Below the pieces are notes generated by a model that saw only the letters and a program-made list of their open reading frames with translations, had not been told where the DNA came from and did not search any database. A stretch of 64,000 nt of DNA, taken from assembly GCF_964204645.1 (NCBI RefSeq), contig NC_134031.1, forward strand, positions 20,963,910-21,027,909, written 5' to 3'. The DNA is from Tubulanus polymorphus (taxonomy: Eukaryota; Animalia; Nemertea). The position numbers and the translations under genes are program-made. Below, piece after piece: positions 52,673 through 64,000 of the stretch (positions are counted from its first letter, which is position 1; each line of letters opens with the position of its first letter).

Positions 52673-53627
52673 TGATGGAATCATTCATAAATGATCACAT
52701 TATCCGGTTTACTATTACATCACGACGTTAAAACACAATGATTAAATGGATTCAACATTCGACGTTAGAAGGAAAAGAGACGTTCGTCGTTCGTCGTTGT
52801 GCTGAGTGTTCGCTTCATGATCGGAACTGACAAAGCACTCACGAAATCAGTTAAAGAATCGCGCGTAGCATTAATAGTTAAACAGACAGACAGCTTCGCT
52901 GAAACAACAACAGCAACGACGCGGAATAGTGCCATATTATATAAACTCGACTTCAATGTGAAACAAGTCACTTACGGCAAACATGGGTGAAAACTCACCG
53001 GCTTAACAGTGAGCCGCGGAGGAGAATAAAACGTAAATAGCCGCAAGGCAACTTCCCCCCTCCTCCCCTCCGGTCGATTTTGTCAAGGCTATTGCCATAA
53101 CCTATAAACCTATCAGAAGAGATCGCATTCGAAATGAGATTAACTTCGCGTAAATGTAGTTCAGTAAATAGCATCAGCTCAGTAGCGCCACCTAACAATC
53201 ATAGGTAAAAGCATTCATTCCGTACTAATTTTTCTATCGAGTTTCATAAATGATTTTTGTTAAACATTCAACGTTTTAGTGCGGAAAGTTGAGACTTGTT
53301 GTAAACGAGAAACTAAGTTACCGCGATCAGCGATCTTAGTCAACGTTAGATAATCGTGTTATAAGTTACCGTTAAAGACATTGTTTACTAGACGACCGAA
53401 TGCCAGCCGTTAAACATGAATGTCACGATAGTGATATTCTCTACGGCAGGATTTAGGAAATATGAATGAAAACCAAAACACGCCATCATTTCCAACACAA
53501 CCGAAGCCTAGCGTACACTGTATAGATCAGAGATACAAAACTGAAACACTTTATTGCAGAAAATGTTGACAGAAAGGGACGACTTTGCAGACCTTAAACA
53601 ACACTATCATATTCACTATAAGAAGAA

Positions 53628-53727
53628 CGTAGTGAAGAAAGGGTTAACGGTTCTCGGCGCGTAGTGAAGAGAGGGTTAACAGTTCTCGGCGCGTAGTGAA
53701 GAAAGGGTTAATGGTACGTCGCGCGTA
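53628..53727. repeat. Tandem repeat, 3 x 32 bp (CGTAGTGAAGAAAGGGTTAACGGTTCTCGGCG)
   Basis: Units at 53628, 53660 and 53692. Confidence 0.85.
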
Positions 53728-53948
53728 GAAAATGAATCCATCAAAAAGCAATGATTCGAATTACACAGATTACATAATACGTGATCGGAGCTCGCTGTCA
53801 AATCGTTTCACACATTGAACCGTGAACGATACGATCAACAACGATCGTCCATTGGGACGAGTTCGCCTGCCTGTTACAGTAAAACGAGATACCTCTGAGA
53901 GTATGAGCATTTAGTCGTTTAGTCGTTTAGTCGGTCAATCTCCTCATC

Positions 53949-54233
53949 GGACTCCCGTGCGCTCTACTTGACTCCCGTGCACTCTTCTTGACTCCCGTGC
54001 GCTCTACTGGACTCCCGCACGCTCTACTGGACTCCCGCACGCTCTACAGGACTACGCTCTACAGGACTACGCTCTACAGGACTACGCTCTACTGGACTAT
54101 GCTCTACTGGACTCCTGTGCGCTCTACTGGACTGCGCTCTACTGGACTACGCTCTACCGGACTACGCTCTACTGGACTACGCTCTATAGGACTACGCTCT
54201 ACAAGACTACGCTCTACAGGACTACGCTCTACT
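53949..54233. repeat. Compound minisatellite of 20-bp (ACTCCCGTGCGCTCTACTGG) and 15-bp (ACTACGCTCTACAGG) units
   Basis: Direct reading. Confidence 0.95.
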
Positions 54234-54522
54234 GTATGTTAAAGAAATAAATCCATTAAACATGAACTGAACCGTACTCATCGTTTTAAGGAACGAAGAG
54301 ATCATTTTGAAAAATGAAGGCGCACAGATTTTCATTACGTTATATGATAAATGTTCATGAAACAGTAAACCAACCGTAAAATACTGCATTCCACTCGAAA
54401 TCATTGAAATGATTCACTACGCAGAAATATCCCTGTTACGGTCATCATGGGAGCTATGAGTTACTGATTTCAACGATTCATCAAAATTATCAGAAAAAAA
54501 ACTCAGTCTATGAGCACATTTT

Positions 54523-54542
54523 CTAACCCTAACCCTAACCCT
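54523..54542 (-). repeat. Short interstitial (TTAGGG)3; another at 59128-59142 (+)
   Basis: CTAACCCTAACCCTAACCCT. Confidence 0.6.
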
Positions 54543-57500
54543 GCACTCTAAACAAAAATGTCCTAAACTGATATAACTCAGATATTGTGAGAGTGATAAT
54601 GTAGATAATGAATTAACACATGCCAAAAGTCTGTTAAACCATCATGACTCGAGGTAAGCTTGGTTTTAGGTCACTAAGGTTATATAATTAATCCGCGCTT
54701 TGTTGACTTAAAAGCATTTTTCTGGTCGAGGCATTAGTGTTCTTGAATTTTAAGACCGATCTTAAGTAACTAGATTGGCTATAGAATTTAGGTGGCCTTG
54801 ACTATGGGACCAGGACCTGGTTTTTCCAAGTTTCCAGTCACTGCACGGGAGTCTGTGAATACGTGAAAATAGAGAAATGCTGCTGAGTAACGTGGAATTA
54901 ATTCTTGTCGGCAGATTTTTTGGAAGCGCAGCAATAGCCGGGAATCAGCTTTCAAATTACCGACACACGGCTACGCGTCACAGTAACTGTACTGAATGAA
55001 CAAGTAGTTACCCGAGTGATGGGTTATAATATCAAGATGTTTGTATGGTTGTAGAAATTCGACAGTCCATACCCGCGGGTGCTGTTCTATTTGCATGATA
55101 AATGCGTCCCTATTCATGAAGTTGGTCAACAGAAAACAACATCGAGCCATGAGCAGAATGCGTAATGTTTACGGCGAAATTATTCACGCTTTCTGCATGA
55201 AAATTTATAATAATCGAGACATTTTTTTCAGCGTCTCTCGCGATTGATAATTCTTGCCGTGGTCCCAGGGTCCGTCTCAATCATTCGTGTCTGGTTCGTA
55301 AAAAAAAATGTGCACAAATTCTACTTTGAAAGTGGATTCTATATCAGCGATGTTCGGATCATGATTTTCAATAAAACAGAAACAAAATTTACCCGATGGA
55401 CACTTCTACCAGCAGACTGAGACAGGGTTACCCCTTTTCTTGTTCCGGATTTTATATTTTCCATTTTAGAAGGCTTTATTTCCTGAGTCAATATCGAGTT
55501 GATAGCCATCGTACAATCATCAATGCGCAAGTATAACCAGATGCAAAAAACCGGGAAAACTGTCATAGATTTCACATTCAACACTTGGTAAGGTAACTAA
55601 CCTTGTTGCATACATAGATTTTGAGACTTGATATCGATAAAAACTGCACAACTGAAACAACTCCAAAATTTTTCGGGTTTTAATAAAATTCATCAAATTT
55701 CTTGAGATAATAATAACTCTGTGAACACTTGAGCTGCCATATTTAAAACAAAAGTATGACAATAAGACTATCTACTCAATCATAACGCGCCCTGGTGACA
55801 ACTTATGAAGGCAGGATTCGAATGAATATTTCAGGTTTAATATTCCAGATTACGAATGATAAAAACAATCTATATAGATAAGTTCCGTAAGTGAAATCAG
55901 TGTAGGCGTAGCTCCATCAAAAATCAAGAGCACACCCTACTTTCTATAAAAATGTCCAGTCATTGATTCAGACATCAGTTTTTTTGCATGAGAAATTTAA
56001 AAAAAACCTGCACGACAACATCTTCATATCATGTGACACGACGAGAAGGGAGTGAAAAAATTAATTTCTGGGTGCAATGTACTGATGGCAACGTGTGATT
56101 AAGAAAATGACAGGTGCCAAATTCACACAGCGAAACCACCTGGTCTCGCTGGATTAATAGCTAGAAATTCTGATTGTTTCGTAATCTGAACACGGAGTTT
56201 GAACACACATGAATGTACAAACAACGCTTGTTCTTTCTCACTACGACGACGAACAATTTCGCTCTTAATCCGTCCGCGACGGTTAAATAATTTTTTTCTA
56301 ATTTTTTCGTCATCATTCGCGAAGTGTTTTCAATTCCGATCGAAAAAAACGTTAAAATACCGTCATCAGAAATTCATGAACCGCCTTCGCGATTGCCGTA
56401 TATCGAAGAAATACTTGAAATAGTTCCGTAAAATGAGGAACGCATCAAAACATCTGCGGAACTTAGCGCAGATTTTTGACTCTCCTAATCCGACTTGTTT
56501 TCAAAGGTTTTCAGAGTAAACATATAATAAATGTATGATATAGATAACTACAGCTCAGGGCATTTCATTTCAATAGGAGGATTTTAGTAGAATAATAGCA
56601 GAGGCCACTTCTGATATACTGAGCAACTGTGAATATATGGGTACAAATGGCGCTTGAAATAAGTCTGATATTTGTTTTAGGGGTTTATTTGGGGCCACAT
56701 AATTGCTTTGAACAAACTGAATAGCCATAGCACAAGTTCCTGATACCAGCAAAATACATGCAATAACTGCAGTAACCAATGAGTTAAATTGTCTCGAAAC
56801 CATTTTCAATCGATAAAGATAGGGTTAGGGATTGTTTTAGGGGTATCCAGTACATAATAACAGAAAATCAGGACGATAGAAACTACACAGATCAACTGTC
56901 TACAATTCATTGATTTGTCCCCTCCCCTCATTAACCAATGCTGTAACATTTGCAGCTTCTGAACTATGTAGTGTCACTATTCGATAATTTCAGCAATAAA
57001 TTTCCTTCCCTATTCAGAGTTTAGTCATGCAGCTCACGTTGGCTTAATTCCACTAATCAACTGCTATCCTAGTCGAGCAATTTTCGTAATTAACGCAAAT
57101 GGATAATTAATGGCCTAATTTTCACTACTTTGCATCGATATTGTTTGAATATTACGTAATCTAATCTACTATCCTAAAAACGCCGATGCCATCTAAATAG
57201 AACACGTTAATTCATTCACATCACATCAAGTCTTCAAACTATACATCTGTCTCTGAGAAATATAAAGCTATAATCTATTAAGTGATAATTTTGTTAATTA
57301 TTCATGACACTTTACATATAAAGGTCCTGGAACCCGCGTTATCACTAATTACCCACAACACCAATAGGTGGCAGCAATGTTAATAACTATATTCCATGTA
57401 CAGTTGTTTGTTTCTTTTTTCTGTCAAACATTGTTTATTTTATATTGTACGTTGTTTTATACTTGTAACTATTTTTATCTTGTGATATATTTTAGCTGTG

Positions 57501-57846
57501 ATATATTTGGATTTTTGCAATTCCAATTGTGCAATAAACTCTACTAGTTACGTAAGATAGGGGGGATTATTACCTAGGGGATTTTACCAACAGCACTACC
57601 AGCTGTTACATGGGTCGATATCCCCTCAAACTACATATCAAAATGGGAATGATTAATCACTGGCATCTGTTTATAAATGATCAAAACGTATATGTAAAAT
57701 ATGTCAATGAAAATTATGGCATATTATGTTAGACATGTATATCCATAATCAGTCATTCACCTGATGAAGCTTCTATACATTAACATAACTACAGGACGGC
57801 CTATATTCCTTATATAGGCATAAAAATAATATTGATCGTAACAAGT

Positions 57847-57923
57847 CGACTAGATCGACCGATTGGACTAAATCGGACTAGATCGACCTATTGGACTAGA
57901 TCGGACTAGATCGACCGATTGGA
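57847..57923. repeat. Short tandem repeat (~29-bp GACTAGATCGACCGATTGGACTAAATCG-type units)
   Basis: Direct reading. Confidence 0.8.
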
Positions 57924-58671
57924 TCTACGTCAACACTATCAACTCAGTTCTACAGCTAATCTTTGAGACCACTTTTGGACATTAAGTCACAACTCGGTAA
58001 CTGGGACCCGGGACAAATAATTGAGCTCTAATATATCTGACTCGACCTTTCTACCTCAATCATCATATCGAGTTCAGCGCTTTCTATTAAACTGTCATCA
58101 TTACGTGTATATTTATGCGGTGGTTACGTCGTATTTTCTTTTTTTTTTGCGATCGGTTCCCGCTGCGATATTTTCACCTCGGTCACGTTCGGCGAGGCCC
58201 AGGAATATTCGAGCGAGCGACCGACGTGAATGCCATTACACGACGTAAGTCCCAAAGAGCGACGGCGCCTCGTACCTCGACAGCGTTACCCGTCATTATA
58301 TATTGCGTTGCATAACATCGCGGCGAGGATCCGGGTTGATTAGAAACGTAGCGGGACTACTAATGACTAGATTGCTCATTTTCGGCAATAAATATGCATT
58401 AACTCGCGGTCGGCGGACTCGGACAAGTTTATACACACGGCGTAGTACTATCAATGAAACCACAGCGTACGTTCCTGACTACTAATAGTATCTGGTTACA
58501 ACATCAGACAATTCACGAGTCTCACGCGAGACAGACGTGGACAATCATTTTAACCATCAATCACGCTACGAGTTATACCTGCGCACTATTGGAGCAGTCG
58601 AATCAGAGATGTAATGTGAAGCTATTATACGATTTATGGCAGTCAGTTTTTTGGTGAGTCGGAATATTGAC

Positions 58672-58678
58672 CAGCAGC

Positions 58679-58720
<42 letters not shown>

Positions 58721-58744
58721 GGTAGCAGCAGCAGCAGCAGCAGC
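58672..58744. repeat. Interrupted (CAG)n trinucleotide repeat; pure (CAG)13 at 58681-58719
   Basis: Direct reading. Confidence 0.95.
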
Positions 58745-61700
58745 TACAAACAACAATTCACTATCTAACCAACAGAATTTATATTTCACTCCAAAAAAAA
58801 ATCAACGAAACAAATTCATACTCTGCGTAAACAAAGTTTTGCGTGAGATTCTATAATAGCCATCACGCCGATGCGAAAACCAAGACCAGCCAGCTGGAGC
58901 CACCCAGCTGGAGCCACCCCTATTTTATGCATGAAACAAAAGTAGAACTTTACGCGTATATATTCAATGCCAGCCGAACCTACAATACTGACACTTTCTA
59001 GTCAGATATTTCTAGAATAAATACAATCGCTCCAAGGCGACTTTTGGAAAATTAGTTCATCGGGCTAAAATTTCAAACAATAATTTTTCTGTCAAAAATA
59101 AATCAATTATGAATTTCATCCTGATGCTAGGGTTAGGGTTAGACCCGGCATCGGATTAATAGTCAGAGTTGGGATTCAAAACATACAACATGTCGAGTCC
59201 ATCCTTCGTCATTTTTAAAAGTAATTTCTATCTAGTTTTTATGAATCTATATTACTGATGTCATCTGACACCGATAAGCAGTGACAGTTCATAATAAATA
59301 TATTCAGCAGACAATATCATCATACTGACCGCACATGCGGAATTCAATTTCAAGCACGAATGTCCATCGTGAAAATTATGATTTATTCAAGATTCTGTCA
59401 GCAACTTTTTTTTATCATGTTATCATCATGTCAATCACGAAAGCAGTTTTCTGTAAAACTTATGAAATATGATTTTCACTCGCGTCGTCGTCATTTCACG
59501 CGTGCATTAAACATATTATTATCATTATCATATTTATTCTGTATTCATAATGAAAATATGATATATCAGTGAAAAATACTGTCGTCACACTGAATAATTC
59601 AATGAAAGTCTCAACGCATTCCTATCAACATAATGGACACAACCCATATATGGCATTTACACAAGAGTTTTCAATAAACTAAATGTCGTACATAGTTTTA
59701 AACAAGACTGGTTTTTGATCTAACTTTTAAAAAGTGTAGAATTTTGGACTTTATCTCGATAGTACGCAACTGAGCCCTGTAATTTCTCCATGGAATCCAA
59801 TAATTTTCAATTTGATGCCCAGGTTTTAGAATTTATAAGCAGAAAAAAGTTTTATTGACTAAAGCCACCATTGTCTATTGTGATTTCAAGGGTTACATAC
59901 TTAATACCAGACTCGGAGTCCAACTATTGGGTCAGTTAGAAGTTGGCTGCGGTAACACTCAACTCAAACGTTTTAATCAGCTGTTTGTTAATGGTATGCA
60001 ACTATATTTGAACAGTAAAACTAAACGCAGATCGATGACTATATGCGATCTAGACTTCGAAATGACAAGAGATATAAAGGCTACTGTATGTCCTGGGAAT
60101 GTACTGGCATGGCTGCACTGTCCGGCGTGGACTTGCAACTGCTGATGTTAATAAAATCACGCACTAACGAGAAGATTCCTCGAGCTAATATTTATTGGAT
60201 TTTTCAAATGTATCCTAACTCAAGCGATCGCGCAGAGACGATTTGACCCGGGCCAAATTGGCTCAGATCGGGCGCGAGACAAATTAGGCCTGTGACTAAT
60301 AAGAGCGTGCATATTCACACGTAAACCACTCACTCAGTACTAAACAATGCTTTAACAACATCAAGTGAGTCAATTCAGGAACCAGTTGCTAAGATTTGGT
60401 TAGGTTCAACATTTCTGCTCTGGCAAAATTAGACCGAGCCAAACAAGTATCCGATGAGTGGTCAGCCAGAGCTTTATTTGATCGATCTGGCCAAACAGGT
60501 AATGCAAGTGCGGCTTAATGGTCATTTTCAGAAATACCGGGCACAGTATCAATATTCTAGATGACTTAGAATTGAATCAAAACATCGGATAAACATTTCA
60601 GTCATTTTATTCTTAGTGCGAGGTTTCATATACTCTTCACATCGCAGAGTTCAATACAGCCCCTGATACAAATACTGCTCCAATTTCATCATTTTAACAG
60701 TATTCATAATTTTTCATTCACACCGACGTGTTCTCGTAGCGATATGGGAAACGTTGACATCCTTTTACTACTCCAGATAAATATCAGATTCACTAATCAT
60801 CCGGTGATGTTTAAAGCTTCTTTGAGAATGAGATAAGCATGATGATGAGACGAAGGATAATGCGTAATGTTACAAATAATCCTCGCAAACATTCATTTGT
60901 GTAGAAAGAAAAGTTTCCTCCGTTCACCGAGAATCCGACGACCGGTATTCGAAAATCCTACCGATAATGCGGATAAGATTTTTCGAAAATGTTCTTTTTA
61001 AAAAAGGTTTCATCAGAATCCGTCGAGATATCCGTCGAATAACGACGTCTTCGCCGGATATCTCGACGAGCGAGCGTCGCAACTCGAAGAGAAAAGAATA
61101 AAAACTGCAAGAGTTGGCGTAATATCGCATACTGATACTGACAAGATATTTTATTTAGGAAAACATAAACCTCGTTTTAAACTCAGAGAAAATGAATTCC
61201 GCACGAAAACATCGTTCACTTGTACTAAACATAAACTACAACTTCTACTCCACTATAACAAACATCATAATAATAATAATAATCATAATAATATGTGAAA
61301 AAACAATCATAAAACATATTGTAACCATGGAAACAAAGTTACTCTTTTCACTTACACAAGTTTGTCACTAGAACTAATTGTTTTATACTAATTATAAAAT
61401 ATCAAGATTAATCCGTTTTAATGAATTAACTAATCGATTATTACGTAATTTACTGATTATCTCAATTTAACAAACAATAATAATTTCGTTACAGCGAATA
61501 AATAACTCATCCTGAGGTTTGAGAACACTTCTAATCGCGACGATACGACACGACAAAATGACACACTAATTATTTCTCGATTCGACGCCCGAACTTTTGT
61601 GTCTCGGTAAGAAACAATCAATTCTCGAACGCTATGATTATCTCAGATGCAGTTTGAAATTTTTTCCGTCAACGAAACTGTATATAATTCTATGGGTTCA

Positions 61701-64000
61701 TGTCATAAGGGATCAACATTGATGAATCCGAACAAGTGATAAACTGTTGTTTGAAACTGTCGTTAGTTCTAATTTTGCAAACTGCTGATTTTGAAAACCG
61801 CTCCCAGGGAACGTACGGTTAAACTGTATGTATGGCCCTTTAAAAGGACATATGCAATACGCATTTGCCCGACTTTAATGCAGTATCCCTCCCCTTAAAA
61901 TATCAACACAAAAGCCATATGTACAAGTGGCAAACTACCCCCATTCTTACTATCCATACTCGGTGTGACAGTCCCTCCTTACGAAGGGAATTTCTCTGAA
62001 TCCGCGAAAAGGTTTTGCGATCATGAACGACTGACAAAATAATTTATTATTTCAACCAACAAAAGACGAACTTATCATCATCCAACTAAAAAACGCTTTG
62101 ATTTTGAAAAAAAAATATTACAAATGAAACCACGACGGACGGCGGTATCGTTCCGTCGTCAGATGAACAAAATAATATTCAACTATCAGCGACAAAAACT
62201 GGCCATTATTGTAAGTACTTAACACACATATAACATGTGTGTATTTATATATGCGACCAGCTCACGTACATCACTGTACATCACTGTACATCACTGTACA
62301 CTAATGTATCTTTCAATATCTTATATATCTAACAATCAATTAATAAGTTTAATACAAAACAATTTTTGTACAATAGAGTAATCTATATATATATACACAG
62401 ACATACGAGTCACTTACTCCCTATGAAAAAAAAAAACAACAAATAAACAACATTGATGACTATTCATTCATCTTCAAATCTCGAGAATCTGGTTATAGTT
62501 GAGAAGAAAAAACCAAACATAAAATTCCTCCTTATCGACCACTGGCTAAAGGTGTAATGCGTAATATTATGGCTTATTCAGATAATCATGAATGTTTATA
62601 TTAACACGATTTCATAGGAATCAATATCAGTACTTCACTTTCTATTTCAAAAATCGAAACTGGTAACAGACAATAAACCAGACATGGCTGGTTGTAATGT
62701 ATGATGTATTTTGTCAATTTGAACATTACTCATTCCAAAAATATGTCATCGCAGCTGTTGCGCTGATAACTACCGATAACTGTGACTGATTTAGACGAAC
62801 TGGAATAGGTTTGAATATGAGTCTGAGATCGGGATATTAAATCCAACACATGGCTTTGAATACGCATTAGTGTCACATTTTACGCCGAAACTACCATCAA
62901 TCTTATTACGTTTAAGCTGAATCTTTTTATCTTAATTTCAGTGCAAATTCTTTATATCAAACGTTACCCTCGCAGAGAGCATAAACTGACAAAAACGTCA
63001 AATTAGTGCCTGTGAGCATTCACTGATTGAGTAAGTGATTCCCAACAGCAACATCTTCAATAGTATTTTAGTAAAGATGATATACGTAAATGCGCTCTCT
63101 AATTAAGCTTGGCCAAATATCACCCAGGCCAGTATAACCAGTGCTAAATCATCTGCGTGTGATCATGGTTTATGAGCCTTTGCCAGCGAACTGGTATTTT
63201 CATTAGTCGTATTCGCACTACGTTATTTAGAAAGGTCTAAATTTGGCCGGCACCGATTTAGAACGGTTGATCCTCACTGGATTTAGATGATGTATGAACG
63301 CGCACTCAGATTTGGCAGTTTCACGTACGAACTGTCTCAAACTAGTAATAATGTGAACATAGCTATTGCATAATCCAACTGACCAAACAGTGTTCACTTT
63401 AATCATAAGCAATGTTCATTTCATTTGTTTTGTAATTAAAGTTTTAGCGTATCTACGGCAACATCTATAGTTTAAAGCTCAAAACGGTTTTCTTCAATAT
63501 GATTTTTTTAAGATAAAAAATATAACGAGCACCACGTGCTACCAGACAATTCCACGAATAATTGACAGAATTGAGTGAACAGGTGTCGTCGTCATCGTCT
63601 GAAGTATTTGACACGGTTTGATATATATATATACATGTATTTCAAATATTAGTAAGAGGTTCAAAGTCAAAGTTTTGATTAAATTCCTGCAGAAAAGTTA
63701 AATTCTCCTCCAAGAATGTCCGTTAATGTTAAGACCCATCTAGGGTCAGTTACAGGTAGGGTAGACGCAAGTTTGGTAAGGGGGGCATTGCTTATTTACA
63801 TATACACCAAAGGAACTGGTTCATCATTTCTTACATTATTCACCAGATGACTGATTTAGTAAATTATCTCGTGTTCTGACAGTTTTCATTCCGAAAACGT
63901 AAAAGAACATTCCAGAAATTGATGTGGAAGAAATGACAAAAAAATGCTTGCGTAATGCATTTTAACGATACGACGAATAACGTGTCACACGTACGACGAC

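Noticed and set aside
53988-54242. ORF with RTTLY/RSTGL repeats
   Set aside because: Translation of the 15/20-bp minisatellite.
54297-54319. bantam miRNA-like sequence GAGATCATTTTGAAA
   Set aside because: The first base and 3' part mismatch, and there is no complementary star arm or hairpin nearby.
55339-55584. Minus-strand ORF as the missing upstream exon of the zinc-finger gene
   Set aside because: It has a possible donor but lacks the CxxC needed to complete the finger and shows no homology.

Overview
AT-rich, intron-containing animal genomic DNA, probably from a non-arthropod invertebrate such as a spiralian. This is inferred from the TTAGGG motifs, CNTD1 and a BMP5-8-type gene; the species cannot be determined. 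Six spliced protein-coding genes were reconstructed by hand from GT-AG boundaries and reading phase. (1) The 5' part of a CENP-F-like coiled-coil gene (-, runs off the left edge). (2) ACOT7 acyl-CoA thioesterase (+), head-to-head with CENPF. (3) A complete BMP5-8/gbb-class ligand (-). (4) A type II membrane DUF1647-like protein (-). (5) The meiotic crossover cyclin CNTD1/COSA-1 (+), head-to-head with gene 4. (6) The 3' part of a rotund/ZNF384/ZNF362/jim-related C2H2 zinc-finger gene (-), with a probable ~10 kb 3' UTR and a very long upstream intron. The most striking feature is in the zinc-finger gene. It has duplicated, frame-symmetric finger exons whose recognition helices differ at base-contacting residues, plus a Met-Arg-Glu/Asp pentapeptide repeat tail. 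The window also holds a long foldback element, several MITEs, a CR1/L2 LINE tail amplified into a perfect 76-bp minisatellite, an apparent scar of a CNTD1 tandem duplication, and many mini- and microsatellites. No rRNA, tRNA gene or CRISPR array was found.
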